Positions 18,564 to 29,087 of a stretch of DNA of 64,000 nucleotides are shown here, one piece after another. The position numbers were made by a program, and so were the translations under genes. The first letter of the stretch is position 1, and each line of letters begins with the position of its first letter. The stretch comes from Candidatus Hermodarchaeota archaeon (GTDB lineage: Archaea; Asgardarchaeota; Lokiarchaeia; Sigyniarchaeales; SOKP01), in NCBI GenBank assembly GCA_048885535.1, contig JBHLLO010000007.1, forward strand, positions 13,665 to 77,664, read 5' to 3'. The notes below the pieces were generated by a model, which was not told the DNA's origin, did no database searches, and saw only the letters and a program-made list of their open reading frames with translations.

Positions 18564-19535
18564 ATGGACTACTATAACAATTTTGAGGACATTAATATAT
18601 CTCCTTTAATTAAGGGCTATGAAGGAGCGAAATTAGAAGATCTATTTCAAAATCATGAAATTATAAATAATTCCATGGGCGAATTCATGGAATTGACATG
18701 GAATGAATCCCTCTGTCTGCCTTGCATCAATCTTAATAAATCAAAAAGCACCTTATTGCAAAATCTTAAAACTGTTTATTATATTGGAGAAAAAGTCGAA
18801 CGGAAACTAATAAGACGAGGGGTAAAATCACTCTATGATTTGAAAATAAATCTTAAATATATGCATTCAGTAAATACACTTTTAAACCTAATTAAGAAAA
18901 AAGATTATACTAGTCTATGTGACAACCGATATATCAACGATTTAGATGTAGCTTTCTGTTTTGAACTAGAGGACTTATTATTTCTCGATATAGAAACAAT
19001 GGGCACATATAGTAGTCCAATCATAATAATGGGTTTAGGATTTTTCAGAAATAAAAATTTTGAAATTCACATCCTATTTGCCCGAGATTTTTCTGAAGAA
19101 ATTTCTATACTTGAGTATTTTCAAAAAGGAATTCTACCTCATTTTAAGTGTTTTGTATCTTATAATGGAAAAAGTTTTGACATTCCCTATATTGCTAATC
19201 GATTTCTTTATTATTTCGACAGTAATCCAATGATTACAGAAAAAGATATTCCCTATGAAACTTCAAATACGAAATATCATCACATTGATCTATACCATAA
19301 TTGTAGAAGGAAATTTAAAGAAGAATTTGGGGGATTTACTCTTACAAATATTGAAAGGAAGATATTAGATATTAAAAGAGAATTTGATATTCCAGGAGTT
19401 TTAGCAGGTTTTTTTTATAGGAAATATCTAGAAGATCCTTTTAGATATGGTGGATTAATCAAAAAAGTTATAGAACATAATTATTATGATATCTATTCAA
19501 TACCATTACTCCTGCACAAATTAATAGAAGAATGA
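18564..19535 (+). CDS. YprB-like RNase H-fold (DEDD) exonuclease domain protein
   Basis: FLDIETMG, SYNGKSFDIPY, HIDLY, HNYYD. HhH-like YIGEKVERKL at the N-terminus. Confidence 0.82.
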   Translation: MDYYNNFEDINISPLIKGYEGAKLEDLFQNHEIINNSMGEFMELTWNESLCLPCINLNKSKSTLLQNLKTVYYIGEKVERKLIRRGVKSLYDLKINLKYMHSVNTLLNLIKKKDYTSLCDNRYINDLDVAFCFELEDLLFLDIETMGTYSSPIIIMGLGFFRNKNFEIHILFARDFSEEISILEYFQKGILPHFKCFVSYNGKSFDIPYIANRFLYYFDSNPMITEKDIPYETSNTKYHHIDLYHNCRRKFKEEFGGFTLTNIERKILDIKREFDIPGVLAGFFYRKYLEDPFRYGGLIKKVIEHNYYDIYSIPLLLHKLIEE

Positions 19536-19565
19536 TTTATTTTTTAAGAAATCTTAAAAAATAAT

Positions 19566-20207
19566 ATGAGAAACAGAATAGATATCATATCATTAAATAA
19601 GAGAGCATGGAATAATCTAGCAGAAAGGTACGAACAAATAGGTTATGGGAAAATTAATCCGTTAGTTGAGTATTTTTGTGAAAAACTTCCCAAAAGTGGT
19701 TATATTTTAGACTTAGGTTCTGGAACAGGAATCCCTTATACTAAATTTATGATAGAAAGAGGTTTCAGAGTACTTGGTATTGATATATCAGAAAAGATGA
19801 TTGAAATCGCACAAAAAAATGTCCCTCAAGCCACCTTTAAACAATTATCTATGACTAATATAAATTTTGAAAATGAATTTAATGGCGTTTTTTCTTCATA
19901 TTCAATGCTTTTACTTAATCCACCCCTTTTTAGGGATGTTGCGAAAAGAATTGTATGCTCACTTAAAAATCGAGGTTTATTTTATCTATCTTTAAATGAA
20001 CCCCGTATAAAAAACATAAATTTAGATGATGAGGTATTTATTGAAATTATGGGAGCAAAAATGTATTCACGTCCGTATACTGAAGAGGAAGTTTTAGAAA
20101 TATTTAAACCATTAGGTATGAATCATCTTAAAATTTATCGAGAAGTTCAAAGCTCTAAAGAATTTGGAGTTGAATATATGATTGCATTTATATTTGAAAA
20201 AATATAA
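19566..20207 (+). CDS. Class I SAM-dependent methyltransferase
   Basis: ILDLGSGTG, GIDISEKM. Confidence 0.9.
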   Translation: MRNRIDIISLNKRAWNNLAERYEQIGYGKINPLVEYFCEKLPKSGYILDLGSGTGIPYTKFMIERGFRVLGIDISEKMIEIAQKNVPQATFKQLSMTNINFENEFNGVFSSYSMLLLNPPLFRDVAKRIVCSLKNRGLFYLSLNEPRIKNINLDDEVFIEIMGAKMYSRPYTEEEVLEIFKPLGMNHLKIYREVQSSKEFGVEYMIAFIFEKI

Positions 20208-20283
20208 TGTTGACTATTAAAAATACAAAATTTTTAAAGATAATATGTCAACAAACTTAATTTATTTTTAAATATTCTAATAG

Positions 20284-21981
20284 ATGATATCTATGAGTGA
20301 TTTAGAGGAAAAACTTTTTGACCAAACTTGGAATCATAAGTCAAGAAATTCAATTTTAAATAAATTGAAACAAAAGAATTATGATATTGTGGTAATTGGG
20401 GCTGGCATTACGGGAGCAGGTGTAGCAAGAGAAGCCGCAATGAGAGGATTGACTGTCGCTATCGTTGATATGCAAGATTTCTCCGCAGGAACATCTTCGA
20501 GAAGCTCAAAATTAGCACATGGCGGTATTAGATATTTAAGTCATGGAGATATGGATTTAGTTAAAGAGGCGACGAGAGAAAGAAATTGGATGAGAGAGCA
20601 CATTCCCCACTTAGTTCGCCCAATTCCATTCCTCTTTGTAACTTTAGAGAATGGGAAATACAAGAAACGTGATATAGTAGGGGCATGCAAAATCTATGAT
20701 TTTCTAAGCGATAAAGACTCAGAATTTAAGAACTTCAAAAAGCATAAATGGTACTCCCCTGAAGAGATTTTTGAAATGGAACCAGAGTATATTAGAGAAG
20801 GAAATTTAGGTGGTGCTGTTTATTATGATAATAATGTTGACGATGCGCGATTAACCCTAGAAATAGTTAAGGAAGCCGTAATTAGGGGAGCTGATGCACT
20901 TAATTATTGCAAAGTAACTGAGTACATTAAAGAAAATGGTCAGATTATTGGGCTCAAATGTAAGGATTTGATAGAAAATGTTGAGTTTAATATAAAAACC
21001 CGATTAGTAGTAAATGCAACTGGAGTTTGGACAGATCAATTAATAGAAAGTTATCCTGAAGAGATTCCAAAACCTTTAATTCGACCTACCAAAGGAGTTC
21101 ATTTACAGTTTAAGAGAAAGCACATAAAAAATAATATGGCATCAATCGTATTTTCGATATCAGATGGAAGAGCCTTTTTTGTATTACCGCGAAATGAGGA
21201 ATTTACTATAATTGGAACTACAGACACGGATTATAAAGAAGATTTAGCAAATCCTTTCTGTAACAAAGAAGATGCTGACTATTTAATTGAATCTGTTAAG
21301 TATTATTTTCCAAATGCAGAATTAGATTACAATAACATTTTATCTACATATGCAGGGATAAGACCCTTAGTTATGCAAAAAGGGAAATCTGAAAGCGAGG
21401 TTTCCAGAAAGCATATAATATTTTTTTCAGATGATGGACTGCTAACTATAACAGGCGGAAAGCTTACTGAATGGCGTGCTATGGCTGAAGATTTATTCAA
21501 CTATATTGAAGAAATGCATATATTTTCAAATATTACGAGACCAAAACACTTCTCTAGACAAAAATTTATTATTGGGATAGAAAGAGAAGCGTGGATTAAG
21601 AGGTTAAAAGAGTCTGAAATAGAGTTACAAGAGGATGTCGCTGAGCATTTATACCAGCAATATGGTAAAGGTGCGATTGAAATACTTGAATTGATAAAAA
21701 AAGATGAAGCACTTAAACAAAGGATCCTTGAAGATTATTATTTCATCCAAGCTGAAATCATCTATATATTAAGATATGAATTAACCACTCATTTAATTGA
21801 TGTATTTTGCAGAAGAACTGAAATGGCATTATGGATAGATCACCGAAGAACTCCAGAAGCAGCAGAAAAAGTTGCAGATATAATGGTAAAAGAATATTTA
21901 TGGGACGATAATAAAAGATCTCAAGAGATAAGGGATTACTTGGATTATATCGCAAAAACAATTGCATTTATGAACGAGTAA
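20284..21981 (+). CDS. glpD: FAD-dependent glycerol-3-phosphate dehydrogenase/oxidase
   Basis: IGAGITG, GTSSRSSKLAHGGIRYL, DDARL, KGVHL, GTTDT, AGIRPL, SRKH, GGKLT.WR.MAE. Confidence 0.93.
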   Translation: MISMSDLEEKLFDQTWNHKSRNSILNKLKQKNYDIVVIGAGITGAGVAREAAMRGLTVAIVDMQDFSAGTSSRSSKLAHGGIRYLSHGDMDLVKEATRERNWMREHIPHLVRPIPFLFVTLENGKYKKRDIVGACKIYDFLSDKDSEFKNFKKHKWYSPEEIFEMEPEYIREGNLGGAVYYDNNVDDARLTLEIVKEAVIRGADALNYCKVTEYIKENGQIIGLKCKDLIENVEFNIKTRLVVNATGVWTDQLIESYPEEIPKPLIRPTKGVHLQFKRKHIKNNMASIVFSISDGRAFFVLPRNEEFTIIGTTDTDYKEDLANPFCNKEDADYLIESVKYYFPNAELDYNNILSTYAGIRPLVMQKGKSESEVSRKHIIFFSDDGLLTITGGKLTEWRAMAEDLFNYIEEMHIFSNITRPKHFSRQKFIIGIEREAWIKRLKESEIELQEDVAEHLYQQYGKGAIEILELIKKDEALKQRILEDYYFIQAEIIYILRYELTTHLIDVFCRRTEMALWIDHRRTPEAAEKVADIMVKEYLWDDNKRSQEIRDYLDYIAKTIAFMNE

Positions 21982-22106
21982 TTGTTTTGTCAAGGTTCAT
22001 TTCTATTCTAATATTATGAATTATTGGACTCCACTAAATATATATTTTAATCAGATGATTATCTATATAATAATAAATCTTAATTCAATTTATGGAGTGA
22101 AATAAA

Positions 22107-22781
22107 GTGTTTTTTGAATGGAATTTTGTTGATAATTTTTTTAGACCTTTGGGTACATACGCTGGTTTTTTTCTCTTGATTTTAGGGATAATGTGGTTGA
22201 TTTATGCTATCTATGAGACTAAAAGAAGAGGTTCCTTTGAAAAAAGAAAGGTAGAAGAGTGGGAGCATGCTGAAGCATCAAAGTTTTTGAAGGTGTTAAC
22301 CTATTTTGGATTTGTAGTTGGAATTTTTAGTTTGTTATGTGGAATTTCTGGTTTAATGTATAATGCTGCACCGAGCCAAGCATATATAAATGTCACAGGA
22401 GATCACGCAAGCACTTTTACTTCAATTTTCTTAATAATATTTGGAATTCTTACATTTTTAAAACCTTCAAGTGATTTACCTATTCCAACTATTATAGGAT
22501 TATTAGCCGCAAGTGCAGTAATTATCATTCTCGTGTCAGTAATGCCTCAGAGTGCTTACCAAGTCGTTGATGTATTTATATCGGCTAAATGGTTTTTTAT
22601 AATATTATTTATCGTCATTTTTGCAGTAGTTGCGCTTACAACAAAATTTTATATTGGAGCATTAATGAAAATTTCAAAAGGAGTATCTTGGCCACCATTA
22701 GCATTTATAATTGCTTCTTTTTGCATACTCCAGGGATTTCTTCTTTTGGTTGTAGGAGTTTCAATTACAGGGCTTTTCTAA
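22107..22781 (+). CDS. Multi-pass membrane protein, unknown function
   Basis: About 6 hydrophobic segments. GGAGTGA upstream of the GTG start. Confidence 0.7.
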   Translation: MFFEWNFVDNFFRPLGTYAGFFLLILGIMWLIYAIYETKRRGSFEKRKVEEWEHAEASKFLKVLTYFGFVVGIFSLLCGISGLMYNAAPSQAYINVTGDHASTFTSIFLIIFGILTFLKPSSDLPIPTIIGLLAASAVIIILVSVMPQSAYQVVDVFISAKWFFIILFIVIFAVVALTTKFYIGALMKISKGVSWPPLAFIIASFCILQGFLLLVVGVSITGLF

Positions 22782-22827
22782 ATTAATTATTCTTATATTT
22801 AGTCTTATTTTTTTCATTTTTAATAAA

Positions 22828-23940
22828 TTAAAAAAAGCTGAATCGATTAGAGGTAGACTTATTGATTTCTCCGATAATTTCCTGGCTTAAGTTATAACCA
22901 CAATTTGAACATTTTTTTTTTTCAGTAATGTTTATATTAGTAAAACTATATCCTCTTCTTCCAATAATCAAATGATTACAGTTTGGACAATAAGTGTTTC
23001 CACCTTTCTCATGAGCAATATTTCCCACATAAACATAATACAAACCCGATTTTTTAGCAACATTGTAAGCAAGATTTAAAGTTTCATACGGAGTTCTTTC
23101 CATTGAAGGCATTTTATAATCAGGATGATAAGCTGAAAAGTGAATGGGTGTATCCTTTCCTAAATTGTTGACTATCCAGTCCGATAATTTCTTAAAATCT
23201 TCTTGAGAATCGTTTAACTTTGGTATGACCAAATTAGTAATCTCTACATGAATTCCATTAGATTTGAAACTTTTTACCGTGTCTAAAACAGGTTGCACGG
23301 ATTTTACTGCACATATTTCTTTATAGAAATCATCAGACATAGATTTTATATCAATATTTGCAGCATCTATACCAACTTCTATCAATTCTTTTGTTGCCTC
23401 AGGTGTGGAATATCCATTACTAACTAGTATTGTCTTAATATTCTGTTCTTTCAAGAGTTTAGCAGTGTCTAAAATCCATTCATGCCATATGAGTGGCTCA
23501 TTGTAGGTGTATGCTAAAGTTTCTGCCCCACTATTTACAACTCTCTTTATTAATTCATCTGGTTTCATTTCTACTAAAGAAATTCTGCGATCTTTATAAC
23601 CTTCGAGCTCAAAATAACCATTTTTTCCATTCTCACCTGGAGTAGCTTGTGATATATTCCAATTCTGGCAATTTTGACATTTAAATGAGCATCCTATAGA
23701 TGCAATTGAGTAAGCTGTAGCTCCTGGCCAAAAATTATAAAGTGGTTTCTTCTCAATTGGATCTAAGCTTCCTTTAGATATCAATGATCCATATATAAGT
23801 GTAAATAGTTCACCGTCGAAATTTTTTCTAGTACGACAAATTCCTACTTTCCCAGGCATTATTAAACATTCATTTGCGCATACATGACACTTAACCTTAC
23901 TATCTCCTATTGATTCCCATAATCGTGCTTTTTTTTTCAT
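22828..23940 (-). CDS. amrS: AmmeMemoRadiSam system radical SAM enzyme
   Basis: N-terminal C..C..EC.....G.C..R, DPIEKKPL, CSFKCQNCQNW (CxxxCxxC), YTYNEP, YVYVGN, TYCPNC. Confidence 0.88.
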   Translation of the reverse strand: MKKKARLWESIGDSKVKCHVCANECLIMPGKVGICRTRKNFDGELFTLIYGSLISKGSLDPIEKKPLYNFWPGATAYSIASIGCSFKCQNCQNWNISQATPGENGKNGYFELEGYKDRRISLVEMKPDELIKRVVNSGAETLAYTYNEPLIWHEWILDTAKLLKEQNIKTILVSNGYSTPEATKELIEVGIDAANIDIKSMSDDFYKEICAVKSVQPVLDTVKSFKSNGIHVEITNLVIPKLNDSQEDFKKLSDWIVNNLGKDTPIHFSAYHPDYKMPSMERTPYETLNLAYNVAKKSGLYYVYVGNIAHEKGGNTYCPNCNHLIIGRRGYSFTNINITEKKKCSNCGYNLSQEIIGEINKSTSNRFSFF

Positions 23941-24031
23941 TTTAATATCATATTATTTACCAATTATTAAATAAATATTAGGTAAGGATTGTTATAATTA
24001 TTTGTTAGGTAAAAAGATTAATTAGTAGTTT

Positions 24032-24964
24032 TTGATTACAATTTATCTTAGAAAAGATATCATGATGAATAAAGAAGAGATTGAAAAATTAGTTAAGGAA
24101 ACAAAAGATAAGCTCGAAGATTTAGAAAAATTTGGCAAAGATTCCAACTATATCAGAGAGTTAAGTAACTTAGCGCTTCTACAGATTGAATTAGAGAATT
24201 ATAGTGAAGCAGAAGATAATTTATTCACATGCTTGCATCATTTTAAGCTTCAGCGTGATAATTTAGGAAAAGCGGCCGTCTATGGAATGCTTGGTGCTTT
24301 ATATTTTAAGAAAGGTGAGTATAATAAATCAATTGAATATTATACAATGGCTTTTGAGATATATAGACCATTAAAACAAATTCAAGAAGAAATTACATGC
24401 CTGAAAGGAATTGGAAATAGTTATATTAAATTGAATCACTTAGATTCGGCATCTGAAATTTTCTTAGAATGTAGCGCTATCTGCTCAGATGCTGAAGATA
24501 TTTATAATCTGTTAGATTGTTTAGGAAATTTGATATATATTTATGAAAAACAAGAAAATTGGGATATTTTAAATGAATTATATTTGAAATCACTAGAAGC
24601 TTTCAAACAGCTGAGAGATAATAAAGGTATAATAGTAACTAATTTCAATCTAGGTATTATTCAAAAGAAAGAAAGTAAGCTTAAGGAAGCATTGAACTAT
24701 TTTAGAGAAGGCACGGATCTGGCGAGTAAAAGTAATTATTCTGAATTAATTATTAAGGGTTTAAGTTATACTGGAGAAATTCTATTTCTTCAAGGTCAGA
24801 TTAGAAAAGCGAAAGACAAATTCATTAAAGCACTCCAGTTAGCGAATCAAGTGAAAGCTAAGAATGCAATTATTCAATTGAAGATTCTCTTAAGATCCCT
24901 CGGCTTAAATGAACAAGAATTTGAGGAAATATTACATAATAACAATAAAAATCTTAATCAATAA
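24032..24964 (+). CDS. Tetratricopeptide repeat protein
   Basis: Repeated LG.LY..KGEY..A..YY..A units of about 40 aa. The true start is probably ATG near 24062. Confidence 0.85.
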   Translation: MITIYLRKDIMMNKEEIEKLVKETKDKLEDLEKFGKDSNYIRELSNLALLQIELENYSEAEDNLFTCLHHFKLQRDNLGKAAVYGMLGALYFKKGEYNKSIEYYTMAFEIYRPLKQIQEEITCLKGIGNSYIKLNHLDSASEIFLECSAICSDAEDIYNLLDCLGNLIYIYEKQENWDILNELYLKSLEAFKQLRDNKGIIVTNFNLGIIQKKESKLKEALNYFREGTDLASKSNYSELIIKGLSYTGEILFLQGQIRKAKDKFIKALQLANQVKAKNAIIQLKILLRSLGLNEQEFEEILHNNNKNLNQ

Positions 24965-25040
24965 TTTAAACAAACATTTAATGAAAAATAGTTAAGATCA
25001 ATAATTATAAATAGAGAAATTATTATTTTTCTAATATCTA

Positions 25041-26462
25041 ATGAGCCATACATGTCCTTACTGCAAAGAATTAGTTGAAAGGCATTGGTTTTATTGCCAT
25101 AAATGTGGAAAACCCTTAATTACAAACTTAGACAATTTTTTAAAAGATGATTCCTCCTCTTCTTACAAAGAAAGTTCATCTTTTTATTCTAATTTTGAAG
25201 AAGAAGAATTGGATCCAAGCCTGATAAAAAACGAAGAACTGGAATACCAACTGATGGATATTGATAATGAGTTACGACAAAAAGAGATTCAAGGGGAATT
25301 AATGGGAAATTTATTGTTAAAGAAAGCAAGCATATATTACAAAGCAAGAGATTTTTCAAATGCTATTTCAAATCTGGAATTAGCATTAAAAAACTTCTTA
25401 GAGGGAAAAGATTTATTACAAGTGGCTATATGTCATAATGAAATAGGTTTGATTCATGAAGAAGGGGGCTATTTTGATCAAGCAATTTATCATTTTGATG
25501 AGGCTTTGAATACCCTTAGACAATTAGAAGACCACATTAAGATAATCCAAGTATTAAATAATTTAGGAAATGTGTATTACATCATAAAAGATTTAGAAAA
25601 ATCCTATGAATATTACCAACAGGCTCTAACATTAGCAGAAGAGCATCATTTTGAATTAGAAGCGGTTAAGTCTGCTAGTAATTTAGTGGAGATACTTTTT
25701 AACTTCAAAGATTATGATAGAATATCGAAAATTTTGAAAAGAAATTTAGAATTTTTTGAAAGGGACCAAGATCTATATGGAGTGATTCAGACACTTGTGA
25801 AATATGGAAAACTAAATTACTTTCTTGGAGAAATTAACTATGAAGAATCTTATCAGTATTTTAATAATGCCTTGAATTTAATCGATAAAATTCAGGATCG
25901 CATTTCTATTTATCTGAAAGCTAAACTAGAATGGGAATGTTATTTTTATAGAGGTAAATTAAATCTTCTATGGGATAATGAAGTATTAGCAGAGGATAAT
26001 TTAGTTAAAGCCTTAGAAGCAATTAGGAAATTTGAAATAGAAGATCATATAAATGAAGGGATAGTTTTAGAAGATTTAGCGGATTTATATTTACTTAAAG
26101 GACAATATAAGAAATCCATTGAATACTTAAATTTTACTGCCGAAATTTTTAAAAAGTATGGAGATAAAGCTAAGATTGCAGAAATAAAAAGAAACATCGC
26201 TAAAATTTATAGTTTCAATCTACAAAATGCCATGAAAGCACGTGTAATTTACGAACAAGCTTTAGAAATATTTGAAAACTTAGATTACATAAAACAAGCA
26301 GCAGAAATTTTAAACAGTTTAGGTGATTTATGTATAAATGAAAATAACTTTCAAGATGCATTAAATTTTTTTAAAAGATCTAAACTTTATTATCAGGATT
26401 TACAGGATCAATACAATATTGATTTATTAACAGAAAAAATTAACTCCTTGAAAGAGTATTAA
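25041..26462 (+). CDS. Zinc-ribbon plus TPR repeat protein
   Basis: N-terminal CPYC...CHKCG followed by many TPR units (NNLGNVYY..KD..K..EYYQQAL). Confidence 0.85.
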   Translation: MSHTCPYCKELVERHWFYCHKCGKPLITNLDNFLKDDSSSSYKESSSFYSNFEEEELDPSLIKNEELEYQLMDIDNELRQKEIQGELMGNLLLKKASIYYKARDFSNAISNLELALKNFLEGKDLLQVAICHNEIGLIHEEGGYFDQAIYHFDEALNTLRQLEDHIKIIQVLNNLGNVYYIIKDLEKSYEYYQQALTLAEEHHFELEAVKSASNLVEILFNFKDYDRISKILKRNLEFFERDQDLYGVIQTLVKYGKLNYFLGEINYEESYQYFNNALNLIDKIQDRISIYLKAKLEWECYFYRGKLNLLWDNEVLAEDNLVKALEAIRKFEIEDHINEGIVLEDLADLYLLKGQYKKSIEYLNFTAEIFKKYGDKAKIAEIKRNIAKIYSFNLQNAMKARVIYEQALEIFENLDYIKQAAEILNSLGDLCINENNFQDALNFFKRSKLYYQDLQDQYNIDLLTEKINSLKEY

Positions 26463-26475
26463 TATTTCAAATAAG

Positions 26476-27636
26476 TCAAATTATTTCTTCAAGATTTTTT
26501 TTACTTATTATTTTTATCAACCATTCAAGGCTAAATTTTGTTTTAATATATCTTTCCCATAAATAGATAATAAATCCAATCGCAATTAAATAAGTTAGTG
26601 AAATTACAATAAATATATCATAATTTAATGATTGATTGAATATTGGTAATAAAAGCCACTGAAAGAACAACAAAGTTATTGCAATTTTTCCAAAAATGAT
26701 TAAAATTTTAGAAGCAATGCCTTTTTTATTTTTATAGTCTATTAAATAAAAAGTTAACCCAATAATTAATAAAGAAATCCCCGTTATGAAAAAAATGTTT
26801 TGAATTGTACCTTTTACAAACGCTTCTGGTATTCCTGGAATATAATAAATATTAGTTCCTCTTAAAATTGGTAAACTATCGATAAATGGATATGTATTTG
26901 GATCATAACTAAATGGTTCAACAAATGGGAGTAATTGAGTAGCAGAATAGATGAAAGCTAAAATAATGAATATAAATGCGTATTTTATAATTGAACGTAT
27001 TGCGTTTAAGTTGGCTACATCCGACTCTAAAAGCGTGGATTCATAGATTAATTCGGCAAAAATAGTAGAAAAAAACCATAAAGATACAAAAGGTAAGAAA
27101 GGATAAATTGGAGTCGAAGATACAAATATGGTATGGAGAATACTGATAATTATATTAGTTTCTTTCCAAATGAATAAAAGCTCTCTAATATATGGCGTAA
27201 TTAATATAATAGTCAAACCAAATACTAATCTTGCCCATCTAACTAGCTTAAATATATAATAACAAATGAATTGACCAAATCCAATAAAAATTAATATATT
27301 CCAACCCCAGAATATTATTGCCCCACTTTCAAAATATTGAAAAATTAAATTATACGCAATACCTAATAAAACCAAGGAAATAGATTGTTTGAAAAGTTTA
27401 TTTCTATTTTTTCTATCTGGACGCTTACCCATTCCTTTCTTTAATGTAAATATAATTGAAAATGAAAATAAAAAAATTAATAGAAAGGCACCAAATATTT
27501 CCAAAAATGTAATTAATATACTGAAGAAAATTCCTAATTCAGAACTAAAATTTAACCAATAATTTAAGGTATTTGTAAACAAAATACAAATTATAGCGAT
27601 CCCTTTACATAATTGAATACTATTAAACCCCTTCAA
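26476..27636 (-). CDS. DUF1624/HGSNAT-like membrane acyltransferase family protein
   Basis: N-terminal IQLCKGIAI (resembles D..RG.A), WNILIFIG, YPFLP, C-terminal SLEWL, about 10 TM segments. Confidence 0.6.
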   Translation of the reverse strand: MKGFNSIQLCKGIAIICILFTNTLNYWLNFSSELGIFFSILITFLEIFGAFLLIFLFSFSIIFTLKKGMGKRPDRKNRNKLFKQSISLVLLGIAYNLIFQYFESGAIIFWGWNILIFIGFGQFICYYIFKLVRWARLVFGLTIILITPYIRELLFIWKETNIIISILHTIFVSSTPIYPFLPFVSLWFFSTIFAELIYESTLLESDVANLNAIRSIIKYAFIFIILAFIYSATQLLPFVEPFSYDPNTYPFIDSLPILRGTNIYYIPGIPEAFVKGTIQNIFFITGISLLIIGLTFYLIDYKNKKGIASKILIIFGKIAITLLFFQWLLLPIFNQSLNYDIFIVISLTYLIAIGFIIYLWERYIKTKFSLEWLIKIISKKNLEEII

Positions 27637-27668
27637 AACAACGGCACCTCTTATTAAAGAACTTACTT

Positions 27669-28325
27669 TTAATTAGATCTATTACTTAATTCAAAATCTT
27701 CACGTTTATAAATCTTAGTGTCAAATTCTTCAAATCCTAATGATTTAATAAAATTATAAGAAACTTTATTTTCTTTATAGACTTCGCATCTTAGCTCTTT
27801 TATCCCTTTTTCTTTTAAATAATTCCAAGCAATCATTCCAATTATAGTCCCTAAACCTTTACGTTGAAATCTTGGAAGTACTCCCAACCCTGCAATAACT
27901 CCATATTCATTATTTGATCCCTCTAAATCAAGTATCACAAATCCGGCATCTATACCATATACTTTTGCGATTAACATCTTAATTTCTGGAAACTTAAACA
28001 GGCTCTTTAAAGATTGAATTGTTAAAGGAGAGAACGGAGTGCAAGAAGTCATCCAACTTCTATTATGTAAGTAGACTATACTTTCTAAATCATTTTCTGA
28101 GGCTTCACGTACTTTTGCTTTAAGAATATTTTGTTCCACTTTTTTTTTAATATTTTCTTCAAAATCAGGTGTGATTTTTTCCACAGGTAATCTCATTTGA
28201 ATATATTCCATTCCATTAGTAATTAATTCATCCTCTATATCTTCTCTAGATATTCCCTTTTTATCTGAAGCCAAAAATAGGCTTCTAACCCTTTTTTTTT
28301 TAAAACTTATCTTCGAATTTGACAT
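27669..28325 (-). CDS. GNAT family N-acetyltransferase (paralog 2)
   Basis: LGVLPRFQRKGLG acetyl-CoA motif, N..S..F..SLGF. Confidence 0.88.
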   Translation of the reverse strand: MSNSKISFKKKRVRSLFLASDKKGISREDIEDELITNGMEYIQMRLPVEKITPDFEENIKKKVEQNILKAKVREASENDLESIVYLHNRSWMTSCTPFSPLTIQSLKSLFKFPEIKMLIAKVYGIDAGFVILDLEGSNNEYGVIAGLGVLPRFQRKGLGTIIGMIAWNYLKEKGIKELRCEVYKENKVSYNFIKSLGFEEFDTKIYKREDFELSNRSN

Positions 28326-28392
28326 AGATTTACTTTAAGAAAATTACTTTTCTGTTTAGATAAAGAATCAGAATTTAAAAAAATTTTATTTT

Positions 28393-29067
28393 TTATGCGT
28401 CTTCCAACTCAAAATCTTCATTATGGTAAACTTTCTCTCCATATATTTCAAAATTAAGCGCTTTTATAAAGTTGAAAGATCTTTGATTTCCTTTATAAAC
28501 TTCGCATCGAAGTTCTTTAACTCCTTTCTTTTTAAAATAATCCCATGCTGCTAAACCAAGTACTGTTCCTAATCCTTTTCTTTGAAATCTCGGTAAAACA
28601 CCTAAACCTGCAATAATACCGTATTCATTATTTTCGCCTTCGAAGTCTAGGATGACAAAAGCTCCATCTATTCCGTATACCCTTGCAATTAAAAATGAAG
28701 TATCAGGATCAGCAAAAATCTTCTTTATGGTCTCAAGAGTTATTGGTCTGAATGGAGTGTTTGCGGTTAACCATGATTTGTTATAGATCTCAACAATACT
28801 CTTAAAGTCTTTTTCTATCGCCACCCTAATATTAGCATGAAAAATATTATGTTCTATTTTCTTTTTTATTTGATCTTCAAAATCTTTTGTTATTTTATCA
28901 ACTGGTAATCTCATCTGAACATATAACATGCCCTCTTCAAGAATTTGGGTTTCAAGCTCACTAGCCTTTCCTTTTTGTTTATCTTTTTCAATGCTTAAAA
29001 AAAGTGATCTTAATAATTTCCTTTTTAAGAAGACTTTCTTACTGAATTTCTTTTTTTTCGGAACCAT
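28393..29067 (-). CDS. GNAT family N-acetyltransferase (paralog 1)
   Basis: LGVLPRFQRKGLG motif; closely similar to the downstream neighbour. Confidence 0.88.
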   Translation of the reverse strand: MVPKKKKFSKKVFLKRKLLRSLFLSIEKDKQKGKASELETQILEEGMLYVQMRLPVDKITKDFEDQIKKKIEHNIFHANIRVAIEKDFKSIVEIYNKSWLTANTPFRPITLETIKKIFADPDTSFLIARVYGIDGAFVILDFEGENNEYGIIAGLGVLPRFQRKGLGTVLGLAAWDYFKKKGVKELRCEVYKGNQRSFNFIKALNFEIYGEKVYHNEDFELEDA

Positions 29068-29087
29068 AATCTTAGAAAAAGTTAGAG

